From Chiloscyllium plagiosum (Eukaryota), in NCBI RefSeq assembly GCF_004010195.1, contig NC_057718.1, positions 85,698,283 to 85,762,282 of the forward strand: a stretch of 64,000 nucleotides of DNA, given 5' to 3'. A model generated the notes under the pieces. That model worked only from the letters and a program-made list of their open reading frames with translations. It had not been told where the DNA came from and did not search any database. The position numbers and the translations under genes are program-made. Positions 36,083-47,269 of this stretch are shown in pieces. Numbering within the stretch: position 1 is the stretch's first letter; each line of letters opens with the position of its first letter.

Positions 36083-37199
36083 CTTCCAAATCAACCTTTT
36101 GTACTATAACCAGGTGTTGTGTGATTTCTAACTTTGTCCATCCCAGTCCAGCACCGGCTTCTCCATATCAAACCTTGAGGAGGATAGTCTATAAGTCAAA
36201 GATTTGCATGCGAATAAGGAAGGCCACGTACAGCAGTGACGATTCTGGTCTGATAATGTGAAGTCCTTGTGGCAGGTAGATATTTCACACTCTATTCCTC
36301 ACTGAGCACCTTGGGTGAATCACCTCCAATTGATGGAACTCCCTCATCTCCACCTCCTCCCTCTTCCAGCCCCTTGTTACACTCTGTGCAACCTCTGTCA
36401 TGCTGTGTTCTAAGGGGGAGTGCTGAGACTAATGTACCCATGTCTGGGAGCAATTGGTCTGTACAGGAGCCTGAAATCACAAAAAGAAAATCAATATCTG
36501 CCATGCCATTTCCTATAGAATTCTGCAACTTAGAATGACTAGAAGAAGCACTAAACCCATGTAGAATTGAAGCAACAGCCAGAAGAGGTTTACCAGCAAG
36601 TAACTTGCCGGAGATTTCTTTAAATATCTCTGGCAGTTGACCTTGAGAGATGGCGATCACAGTTAAACAAATATTCACTTCATGAGTACTAACACTCTCA
36701 CCAAAGTGGTGCTCAGAGCAGGGCACTTTTGGTGTTTGTGTCTTTGGTGCCTTTTTGTATCTCAAACAGCACCATTTGTACCCAAATACTGGGCATTTCA
36801 CCTCACATTTGCTCCCCAAATCTGTACAACCTGACGTTTTACATTCCTCAACAATGTAGCCCTATCAACTGTTTTGTTGATTTTTATTAATCCTTGAGTG
36901 AAAACGTTCTCTTTTGCTAGGAAAGCTCTCATTGGAAAATGGAAGGGATAAGCTTATCTCCCAGAGCATGGATCAATAGCACAGTATTGTTGTAGACAGG
37001 CTGATTCAGTTTGTTGGCAGGAAGAAGAGATACAGACTTGAAAGAACACCATGACCTTTTCATTCCTGAGTTCTCTCATACAAACAATTTGATGACATGA
37101 TTTTACTCTGAATTACAGCACTGGAAAGTTAAGTAAACTGAAAGGAGATGTTTGTTGAGCATTTTAAAAGAACTGCCTGCTCTTTTAAGAGGGCAATAA

Positions 37200-37322
37200 T
37201 GAGGACTGCAGTTGCTGGAGATCAGAGACAAGATTAGAGTGGTGCTGGAAAAGCACAGCAGGTCAGGCAACATCTGTGGAGCAGGAAAATCGATGTTTTG
37301 GGCAAGAGCCCTTCATCAGGAA
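37200..37322 (-). mobile_element. Penelope pLTR mini-insert (family A), decayed hammerhead
   Basis: Reverse complement is ttc-CTGATGA-a-gggc-tctt-gccc-aaaa-ca-tc-gatt...cctgacctgctgtgcttttccagcaccactctaatcttg. Confidence 0.85.
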
Positions 37323-37711
37323 AAGAGCGCTATTCATGTCAATCCATGTTTTCCTGATGCCGTTAATGTGTTACACATTCCCAAAGGTCTCCTCAGAGTG
37401 TACTTCCATTAATTTCCTCTTCCTCTCATAGCATTCTTTATCCTTTTCCACTGAGCACATTTAATTGTTAGTGGATAAGAGATGGCAGGGATGAATTGAG
37501 ATCTGATGGATTCTGTTTGCAGCTGTAAGCAAAGGAAGGATTGGTGATGGAGACATCAGGGAGGTTGGTTGGAGACATGAAGGACTCTTTAAGACAGCCA
37601 CTCCAATCGAAATGGGCTGAATGGCCTCCTACCATGCTTTAGGATTGCCAGGGGGAGTTCTCTCAGTAAGTTGGAGGTGGGAATGATGGCAGGGCAGGCT
37701 GAATGGGGGGT

Positions 37712-38262
37712 TGTGGTGTAAAATTATGTCCCAATACATGTGTGAATCATTATGCAACACATGTATTGGGCCAAGCAGTGGAATGTGGTGAAAGGGTTAA
37801 AATTGTGTCCCAATACATGTGTGAATCTAACCGAAAATGGAAGGTGTCGCTTAGTCCCGTGTGAATCTTGTTATACACCTTCCCGTGTGAATCTTCTTAT
37901 CTGTATGTAACCAGAATGGAATGTGTTTTTTAGCCTTGCTCTGCTGTTCACATGAATGTTTATATCTGGAAAAGGGTATATCAGCTGGAGAAGTCTCCAG
38001 TTCGGTAGAGTCTGCTCCGGGGTTACGTTTAACCGCCGAGCGTGGGTTGTTGGCAACCGCTCTACGAGAACTGACGGCTCCCAGTTTTGGTAACATGTAG
38101 AGTGAGTATAAGCCAGACCCGTTGTAAGTACGAGACTGGTTGTGGGGACACTGCGGGGAATAAAACACTTATATTCTAGCAGACTCGCCTCTTGGCTGTT
38201 TGTTCTGTGTCAGACTACTTTCCTGCGAGCCTGGTCCTTGACCTTGAGAATTTTTTAAAACA
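37712..38262 (+). mobile_element. Solo LTR (551 bp), young and CpG-rich
   Basis: TG...CA termini, 5-bp TSD ggggt at 37707-37711 and 38263-38267, TATA-like gtatat at ~37977, AATAAA at 38159-38164, internal direct repeats in the U3-like part. Confidence 0.85.
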
Positions 38263-38419
38263 GGGGTAAAACTGCATCAGGGTGGCTTCACAACTTCAGC
38301 CAGAAGACGTTACGTATGGTGACAGCCTCAGCAGGAGGAAGTCAATTAAAATGATTAAGGTGGCAATTAGTGGGTATTTATGGAAGCCTACAAAACTTTG
38401 CCAGTTGGATTAACAACAG

Positions 38420-39720
38420 TGGCAACAAAACTATTGGAAAATATTGGAAGTACAGAATTAATCTCCACTTGAAGAGGCAAGGATTAATCGGGGATAGTCA
38501 GCAAGGCTTTGTAAGGTGGTCAAACAAATTTGATCGACTTTATTTTGAGGAGGTGACTAGACGTGTAGATGAGGGTAGTACAGTTGGCAGAGTCTACATG
38601 GATTTCAGCAAAGCTTTTGGCAAGGTCTTGCACGGTGAGCTGGTTAAGAAGGTACAAGCTCGTGGGATCCAGGCAATTTGGCAAATTGCATCCAAATTTG
38701 GTTTAGTGACAGGAAGCAGATGGTGATGGTTGCAAGATGGTTTTGTGACTGGAAGCCAAGTCCAGTAGCATACCACAGGGCTCAGTGCTGGGACCCTTGC
38801 ATTAATGATCTAGAAATGAATCTAGGTGGTATGATCAATAAGTTCACAGGTAACATCAAATTTGATGCTTTGATGAATAGCAAAGTGGAAAGTCTTAAAT
38901 TGTAGGACGATATAAGTGGGCTGGGCAGATGCATTGAACAATGCCAATCCTGAAAAGTGAGGTGACGCATTTTGTGAGGACTGTCAGTGCAAGGGAGTAA
39001 ACATTAATGGTAGGACCATAGGAAGTACAGAGGGTCAGAGGGAGTTTGATGCACATGTCCCTTGATCCTTGAAGGTAGCAGGTCAACGAGGTAAGCTGGT
39101 TAAGAAAGCACGTGGGTCACTCGGCTTCAACACTCAAGGCATTGAACACAAGAGCAAGGAGGTTGTGATGGAGCTGTACATAACATTACTTACAGCACAG
39201 CTGGAAGAGCATATACAGTTCTGGTTGCCATACTGTAGATACGATGTGATTGCACGAGGCAAGGTACAGAGGAAATTCACCAGGATGTCACTGAAGGTGA
39301 AGTAATGCTGCTATGAAGAGGGACTTGACAGGCTGAGGGTTGATTTCCTTAGAGCAGCGAAGGCTGAAAGGGGATCAGATTGAGGTGAACAAACCCCTGA
39401 GGAGCATAGACAAGAGAAAGACAGAGGGAAAAACAGTTGCTCTTACTAAAGGGGCCAGTAACCATGGGTCACAGTTTTAAGGTAAGAGGCAAGATGTTTA
39501 GAAGGGATTTGAGGTAAATGTTTTTCACTTAGAGGGTGGTGCTAATTTGGAACTCACAATCAGAAAGGGAACCCTCAAGACATTTAAGAAGTATTTAATG
39601 AGCCCTTGAAATGCCATACAAGGCTACAGGCCAAGAATGTAATTAGAAAAGATTGGTGACTGGCACAGACACATTGGGCCAAAGGGCCTCCCTCCATGCT
39701 GGAAAAGCTCCTTGACTTAG
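38420..39720 (+). mobile_element. Degenerate CR1 (RT to 3'UTR)
   Basis: ORF 38370..38726 has GDSQQGFV...[17 protein letters not shown] 39069..39305 has GIEHKSKEVVMELY...VQRKFTRM. Confidence 0.88.
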
Positions 39721-40627
39721 GACTCCCAATGTATATGTAGTTTACTTTTTACACACGGGAGGTGAGGGCAGAGTGAGAGATGAGAGATGAGAGAAACTGT
39801 GAGATTCATATGTTGTAGTCATTTTAAAGTGCAAAATTGGTAATCCTCAAGATGTCCACAAGCAGCTACTTGCAATTATTTGTTTGTTATTTGCAGACAG
39901 ATCCCATTGGCTCCAAGGAATTGATTGCTTGCACCAATAGTCCAGCACTTCCATCTTATGCCACCAGCCCCTTCTTCATTGAGGTGCACATGGTATTCAC
40001 TGTGGCTTTGCCCACCACCCTTCACCCTCCTGCATCCCCAGGCTTCCTCCAGCTGGACAGTGCTCCCAGAGGCAGCTTCATGGTTGGTCCATCTCCTCCA
40101 GTGGGGTTGAGTTTCATTCCTGGCCATCCGCATGGATCTGGGCTGATGTGCTGGAGAGTAGCCTGACGTTGTGACACAAATAGGAAGCTTTGCTCCTCTG
40201 GCTAGAACCTACCCATTTATTTAACGTGCAGGAGATGGGGAGAAGGTCTTAGAGTGTGACTAACTGCGTCACCTGCTAAACAACTCATTGTGACCTTCTG
40301 CAAATCACAGGCCTCAACACTGGATCCCAGGCTGCCACGCTCTGACAGCCAAATGAAGGGCCAAGAGTCCAGTCGTCGAGGCCTACACCTCAGGGGATCC
40401 AGTTACGAGAAAGTGAATCGTTATACCCTTCCTGTGGGGTGAGGTCATTGGAAAAAGAGAGGTCAGAGACAATATGTATTTTGGTGGCCCCATCTTCATC
40501 TTTGACTGCTCCCTCCACTGATTCATCAATCTGGCAGGCAAGTCACCCTAGTTTTTCACCCTCACTGGAGAGATGAGTGATTGGGAAGGAGACAAATTGA
40601 GGTCCTTTGGTAGCCACTGATTGACCC

Positions 40628-41142
40628 ACTGCATTCAATTCTGGTCTCCCTGCTATAGGAAAGGTGTTGTGAAACTTGAAAGGGTTCAGAAAATATTTAC
40701 AAGAGTTTTGTCAGGGTTGGAGGGTTTGAGCTGTAGGGAGAGGCTGAATAGGCTGGATCAATTTTCCCAGAGTGTCGAAGCCTGAGGGGGGTTACAGAGG
40801 ATTATAAAGAGGTGCTCAGATAGGGTGAATAGCAAAGTTCTTTTCCCCAGGGTAGGGGAGTTCAAAACTAGAGGGCATAAGTTTAGGGTAAGAGAGGAAA
40901 CATTTAAAAGGGACCTAACGGGCAACTTTTTCACGTGGAGGGTGGTGCATGTATGGAATGAGCTGCCAGAGGAAGTGGTGGAGGCTGGTACAATTGCAAC
41001 ATTTAAAAGGCATCTGGATGGGTACATGAATAGAAAGGGTTTGGAGGGAAAATGGGTCAAATGCTGGCAAATAGGATATCTGGTCAGCATGGACAAGTTG
41101 GACCAAAGGGTCTGTTTCCGTGCTAGACAACTCTATGACTCG
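40628..41142 (+). mobile_element. CR1 3' fragment
   Basis: ORF 40825..41148 has RGHKFRV...FFTWRVVHVWNELPEEVVEAGT. Tail ctctatgactc. Confidence 0.92.
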
Positions 41143-41304
41143 ATATAATAGAATGTTTGATGTTCTGAAAAATAAAGACTTACATGTCGATAGCAATACT
41201 TACAATTTCAGGAATTCCCAAGGGGCTTCACAGCCTGTTAAATAATTTTAAAATTGTAGTCATGGTTGCATTGCAACAATCAATTTTCACACAGTAAGAT
41301 CCTA

Positions 41305-41491
41305 TTCTTGATGCGGAGGAACCGGTGTTGGACTGGGGTGGACATAATTAAATTACATAACATAACACATTACATAACACCAGATTATACTCCAACAGGT
41401 TTATTTGGAAGCACTAGCTTTCAGAGCGATGCTCCTTCATCAGGAGCCTGTTAGACAAACCTGTTAGACAAAACAGGTGATTTTTAACTAC
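41305..41491 (-). mobile_element. Penelope pLTR mini-insert (family B) with hammerhead and short inverted arm
   Basis: 7-bp TSD gatccta at 41298-41304 and 41492-41498. Homologous to 36050-36170. Confidence 0.85.
41411..41446 (-). ncRNA. Minimal type-I hammerhead motif, family B (core intact)
   Basis: Reverse complement is c-CUGAUGA-A-GGAGC-auc-GCUCU-GAAA-GC-UA-gugc. Confidence 0.72.
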
Positions 41492-41774
41492 GATCCTACC
41501 AGCATCAATGTGATAATGATCATATAATTCATCTCAGTGATGTCGACTCAAGGATAAGTATAAATCAGGAAAAGGACAGAATTCCCCTGCTATTTCACCA
41601 AAATAGTGCCATGGAATCTTTTATGTCCGACAGAGAGGAAGCTCAGGTTTTTGGTTCCTCCAAAAGATAATACTTTTGAAAGTGTAACATTGCCTCAGTA
41701 ATTGTTGGGGAAAGAAATGTAGAAGCACAAAGAGTAGAGGAATAATTGCTTGGGAGTGTAGAATTCAAGCATAG

Positions 41775-41885
41775 ATAAATGTGACTCCAGACCCACAGCA
41801 ATGTTGTCGACTCTCAACTGTCTTTTGTTAGGGACGGGCAATGAATACAGGCCTAGCCAATGACACCACATCCCCTGAATTAATA
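41775..41885 (+). mobile_element. 3' part of tRNA-SINE with L2/Crack-like tail
   Basis: atgtgactccagacccacagcaatg...ttagggacgggcaatgaatacaggcctagcca. Confidence 0.7.
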
Positions 41886-43044
41886 ACCAAAAAAAAACTG
41901 TAAAGCTTTTCATTTTTCCACTCATCAGGATTGATGCAAGAATGCCAAATTTTGAAAGGACAACAATTGACACTGCATAAGGATCGATTGGCATATAGAC
42001 TTTGATTAGTTGTATCATTGTTATGGAGAACATACGTGGAAATAGTAATCCCTCAATGTGTTTTAATTTAAAAAAAGCAAGCAGTTCAACACTGATTGTC
42101 TGAAGCATTACCATGGGAAATACATCATGCAACTATTGTCCTTTTTCCTCCTTTACTCAGTAGTAGAAAGCTAAAACATTGTCCCCTTAAAATTCTGCTG
42201 TTCCAAGAGATCAATCAACATTTTCAAGCCTGAGTTTGATGGATTTTTGTTGGGCAGTATCAGGTAGTATCAAGGGGCATACACCATTGCAGATCAATAA
42301 TATTGAAGTACAGATCTCATAGGTTCAACCATCTGCATGATTCATTTCACTTTCCGTTAATGAAGAAAAGGAGCTATGCTCAAAGGAAGGTACAATCTCT
42401 AGTCAATTTGTTGCACTGGCAAGTCCCCATTAAGTATATATGATAGATTTGCCAGGTGAAATTCGCAGGGGTACAGATTATAATTAAATTTCTATAACTG
42501 TCAAGTGTACAGAAGAACTGCTGTGGCAAAAAAGCAGTTTGTAACATTACCCTCTAAGGGATTTCACTTCCCTTCATCAGTTGCATGCTGATTAATAGTG
42601 AGCTGCATCAGAAGTCAGCAGGAATTTCAATCAAAGTCCTCAGGGATTTGCTCCACAATTTGCAGATGTTATTGGAATTGCAGAATCAGAGCTCCTGGCC
42701 TGCACTCCCTGCTGTTTCTGTACAATCAACGGAAACCCTCACTCGTCACCAACAACGGGCGCTGCCATCTTGCCACTGTCTCACATTCTGAGAAAACTGG
42801 CATGTCAATACATCAGGTTAGATATGCAAGACATATTTATGTGTACCATTGCAGTTCTCAGTTTGAACTCCATATTTCTTTGACCCTGAATTACTGCTCA
42901 GCTTTTACAAGATCTTCCTGCTCAATTCTAAAAGCAACTCAGCATTTCTGTTCCTTAAACAATCTTCAAAATACACACCGCCTTGACTCATTCCCTCCCC
43001 ATACCAGAACCACCTCACCCATTAATCCTCCATTAACTAATTCA

Positions 43045-43340
43045 AATACTGGAGGGCATGCATCTAATACTAAAGGGCATGCCTTTAAAGCGAGAGGGAG
43101 AAAGAGATACGAGGGGCAGGTTTTTTACGTAGAGAGTGGTGGGAGTCTGGAATGTGCTGCTGGGGTGATGGTGGAGGCAGAAACGATAAGGGCATTTAAG
43201 GGGCTTTTAGATAAGCACATGAATGAGCAAAAAATGGGGATATGACCCAAGGCCGGGCAGAAAGGATTAGTTTAACTTGGCGTCATGTTCAGCATAACAT
43301 CGTGGGCTGAAGGGCCAGTACCTGTACTGTTCTATGTTTG
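43045..43340 (+). mobile_element. CR1 3' end
   Basis: aatactaaagggcatgcctttaa...gggctgaagggccagtacctgtactgttctatgtt. Confidence 0.8.
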
Positions 43341-44713
43341 ATGTAATTTCCTTTCTGCTCAAATTCTGAACATCGAGCATAGCATGGTTCCACAAAGAAC
43401 AATGTGACAATAACAGTGGTTGTTGACTGTGGGAGATATATTGACCAGGCAATTGGGGAGAACTTCCTTGTTCTCCAAGGGGGGGAATGATCTCCTTCAG
43501 TTTCTGTTCCCAAATGCATTTTGGGGGAAAATGACTGACTATTCATGTGGCAGGTCCTTCAGAAGATTCTGGTTGACATTAGTGAAAGCACTACAAGAGA
43601 GGTATAATTGCTGCAAACAACTTGTATTATCATGAGGTCATCTCGCATTAGTTAACAATGGGCAAATTATACCCAAAATAGACACTACAGGGCAGGAGTA
43701 CTCATTTATGCAGTGCCTTTCACATTAAAAAATAGAACAGGGTCTTACTAAATAAAGTATAATACTAAGCCACATACTGAGGTATTAGGCACGGTGACCG
43801 AAAACTTATTCAAACAGGTTTAATTAACAATGAGAGAGGTTTCAAGAGAAAATTCCAGATCTTAAGAGTGAGCAAAGCCATCATTGCTGGATCAACAAAA
43901 CTGGGGATGGAGAAATGGCTAGAATTGGAAAAAATACTGGGTTCTCAGGGTGTTTTAGGGCTGAATGAGGTTATAATGACAGAGCGGTCATAATGTGGTG
44001 GAGGCAGAAATCAGTCAGCACCACGATCATGAAATGGGCTCATGATAAATTGTCAGCCCTTTTTACCATCTGTACAATGTTCTTTTACAGTAAACCAACT
44101 ATAGGTGGGAACCAATTTCATCTCACCCTCCCCCATCCTTCAACCTTTACTTTGCATCCTCTTGCTTGGTCTGAGTCAAAGACTTTTACAATAAACAATT
44201 ATAAATTTCAGCTAGTGGATGTACTGGACTAAACTTGACTTACTGTGGAGTGCACTCTATAGGGTATTAAAACATAATTCCAGCAGTTATTTTCCTGCCG
44301 GGATTCTGGCCTGACTGATTGTCAGTCAAACTTCCAGAAATGTATATAAATGTGAGGTTCTGCATTTTGGAAAAGCAAATCAGAGCAGGACCTATACACT
44401 TAATGATAAGGTCCTTGGGAGTGTTGCTGAACAAAGAGACACTGGAGTGCAGGTTTATAGCTCCTTGAAAGTAGAGTCACAGGTAGATAGGATAGTGAAG
44501 AAGGCATTTGGTCTACTTTCCTTTATTGGTTAGAGTATTGAGCACAGGAGTTGGAAGGTTATGTTGTGGCTGTACAGGATGTTGGCTAGTCCATTTTAGA
44601 ATTTTGTGTGCAATTCTGGTCTCCTTCTGGTCTCCATTAGAAGGATATTTTGAAACTTGAAAGAATTCAGAAAAGATTTACAAGAATGTTGCCAGGTTTA
44701 GATGATTTGAGCT

Positions 44714-45000
44714 GAAAATGTGTTGCTGGAAAAGCACAGCAGGTCAGGCAGCATCCAGGGGACAGGAGAATCGACGTTTCGGGCATAAGCCCTTCTTCAG
44801 GAACTTTGTAGAGGGAGAAAGAGAGCTTCTTCAAGGAAGGCATCCTTGTAAGAGGATTCGCAGTAGGTTGAAATCTTTGAGGAGAAAGTGAGGTCTGCAG
44901 ATGCTGGAGATCAGAGCTGAAAATGTGTTGCTGGAAAAGCACAGCAGGTCAGGCAGCATCCAAGGAACAGGAGAATCGACATTTCAGGCATAAGCCCTTC
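44714..45000 (-). mobile_element. 287-bp Penelope-derived tandem insert (family A, 205-bp period)
   Basis: 16-bp TSD ttagatgatttgagct at 44698-44713 and 45001-45016. Two pLTR copies start at 44712 and 44917. Confidence 0.92.
44768..44803 (-). ncRNA. Minimal type-I hammerhead ribozyme motif (core intact)
   Basis: Reverse complement is uuc-CUGAAGA-A-GGGC-uuau-GCCC-GAAA-CG-UC-gauuc, predicted cleavage between 44773 and 44772. Confidence 0.78.
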
Positions 45001-45721
45001 TTAGATGATTTGAGCTATAGGGAGAGGTTGAATAGGCTGGGGCTGTTTTCCCTAGAGCATCGGAGGCTGAGGGGTGACCATACAGAGGTCTATAAAATCA
45101 TGATGGGCATAGATAGGGTAAATAGATAAAGTTTTTTCTCTGGGGTGGGCGAGTCCAGAACTAGAGGCCATAGGTTTAGCATGAGGGGGGAAAGATATGA
45201 AAGGGACCTAAGGGGCAACTTTTTCATACAGAGGGTGGTGTATGTATGGAATGACCTGCCAGAGCAAGTGGTGGAGGCTGGTACAATTTCAGCATTTAAA
45301 ACTCATCTGGATGGGTATATGAATAGGAAGGGTTTGAGGGATATGGGTCACGTGCTGGCAACTGGGTCTAGATTAGATTGGGGTATCTGGTTAGCATAGA
45401 CGAGTTGGATTGAAGGGTCTGTTTCCATGCTGTATTTCTCTATGACTTTATGGATGTGCAGCTGGCCATTGAAGACCAGGTGGGAGGTGGCAGAATAAGA
45501 ATGGAGGATGCATATTATTTGGAGATACTGAGAGAGATGAGTCAATGAAATGAAGGTCAACCCTAAGGGAAAAGAGGGGAATCTATCAGAGATTGCAGTA
45601 AGAGGGTTGATCCCTGGGAAAAGACATGTGTTGAACCCTATGGGGATCGTGGGAGCCTCATTTCAGGATTTGAGGTCTTGTGATGAAGGCGGAGGTTTTC
45701 TCTGGCAGGTACCTGAATAAT

Positions 45722-46035
45722 TGTATTCATTTTTTGAGGGACATGGACATCGCTGGCTGGGCCCAGCATTTATTGCCCGTCCCCAGTTGCCCTTGAGAAA
45801 GTGGCAGTGAGTTGCCTTCTTGAACTGCTGCAGTCCACCAGCTGTGGGTTGATCCACAATTCCATTAGGGAAGGAATTCCGGGGTTTTGATTCAGTGATA
45901 GCGAAAGAAAGGCAATATATTTCTGAGTCAGGATGGTGAATGGCTTGGAGAGGAACTTGAAGGTGGTGGGGTTCCCATATATCTGATGACCTTGTCCTTC
46001 TAGATGAAAGTGGTTGAGGGTTTGGAAGATGGGAG
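45722..46035 (-). mobile_element. 3' end of L2/Crack-like LINE
   Basis: ORF 45663..46055 has HHLQVPLQ..HHPDSEIYCLSFAITESKPRNSFPNGIV...LQQFKKATHCHFLKGN, then the 3'UTR. Confidence 0.8.
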
Positions 46036-46611
46036 GGAGATGAAAATGTACTCACTTCCTCAATCTATGGAAATCCTGAATCAAACAAGTCAGTGCATTT
46101 TTTGACCCTTAGGGAATCCTTCCAAACGTGAATTGAATTAGAAAGCTTAATGACAATCTTTAACTTCCTACCAGTTTATTTCAGCGAAAGCTGGTAGTGA
46201 ATGGATGGGGATGGAGAATGGATGAAGTCAGAAAACAGATTGCACAGACTTTAACCTCCATCTGACTGACTGGTTAAAATTGAGCCCAACATGTGTTTTG
46301 GGAAGAGTCGTGGCTTCTATCCTTGAAAGGATTGAAGGTGACACTTTAAACGTCTCTTTTTAAAAGTTCATTCTGGAGAGATCTACCTTAAGTTTATAGT
46401 GCATTAGGTAACTGCATGAAGTGTAGTAAATGAAGTTAGTTAGCTGCAGGTGCAGATAGACACATGGGAACATGATATTGTGCCAAAAAAGGACAACTGT
46501 TCAAAAAAGGGGATGACTGGATATGTCTTAAACATTCATTGGCTTTTGGCCTTGCTGGCAAGGGTAGCACTTATTGCCCATCCCTACTTCAGAGGGTGGT
46601 TGTGAGTCACA

Positions 46612-46878
46612 GTCATAAAATCCCTACAGAGTGGAAATAGGCCCTTTGGCCGAACAAGTCCCTCCAAAAAGTAACCCATCCCTCTATAGTTACACTGACT
46701 AATGCACTTAACTTACACACCCCTGAACACTATGGATAATTCACCTAATCTGCACATCTTTGGACTGTGGGAGGAAGCTGGAGCACCCAGAAGAAACCCA
46801 CGCAGACACAGGGAGAATGTACAAACTCCATGTCCAAGGCTGGAATTGAATCGGTAACCCTGGTGCTGTGAGACAATA
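46612..46878 (-). mobile_element. HE1 V-SINE nested in an L2/Crack-like fragment (~46530-47190)
   Basis: tgcacatctttggactgtgggaggaa...cagacacagggagaatgtacaaactcca...gtgctaaccactaagccacc. Confidence 0.88.
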
Positions 46879-47269
46879 GTGCTAACCACTAAGCCACCAC
46901 TCTGCTCCTCTAAGGTACTGTGCCACCTGTGTATTTTTCTTGTACATGTGCTGTAGGCACACCCACACAGCTGTTGGGGAAGGGGTCCTTGGATTTTGAA
47001 CAACGGACCGTGAATGGCCGATGATATTGTTCCCAGTTGGGATACTTTTTCAGCCAGAGGGGAATTTACAACTGTTCCTGCTCCCATGCATCTGTTGCTG
47101 CTTTCCTTCTAGATGATTGATTTCATGGGTTTGGAATGGACTCTCTAGGGAACTTTGACATGTTGCTGTTGTACATGTTGCAAAAAGGTAGCACCCAGTA
47201 ACTTTCCAGTTGATAAGTTAAGTGGGATACGGTTGAATAAAGAGAATTCGTTAAGTCAATGAAGGAGAG

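Larger units (their letters stand above)
33883..36170 (-). mobile_element. Penelope-like element (family B): 3' pLTR, GIY-YIG and RT pseudogene, inverted pLTR at the truncated 5' end
   Basis: RT motifs TAMGNKFAPQYANTFM...YTRYIDDIFFLW (35546..35827). Endonuclease YTCDSANVVYLVRC...LYIGGTKQKLRQ (34495..35076). Segment ~35985-36134(+) is an inverted copy of 33883-34030. Confidence 0.95.
41172..41705 (-). mobile_element. Deu-domain SINE with nested PLE mini-insert
   Basis: aaagacttacat...cttcacagcc tail; aattcccctgct...aaatagtgccatggaatcttttatgtcc Deu core. Confidence 0.75.
44345..45450 (+). mobile_element. 5'-truncated CR1 interrupted by tandem hammerhead insert
   Basis: Encodes KCEVLHFGK...QVDRIVKK before the insert and LSYRERLNRLGLFSLEHRRLRGD...WNDLPEQVVEAGT after it. 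Confidence 0.93.

Noticed and set aside
42560..42582. ctgatga...gaaa on the minus strand (also ctgatgaagg at ~31387)
   Set aside because: No pairing helix II and no pLTR context, so most likely chance matches.
42598..43245. 215-aa ORF
   Set aside because: Its 3' part runs through a CR1 fragment and the rest has no protein-like features.
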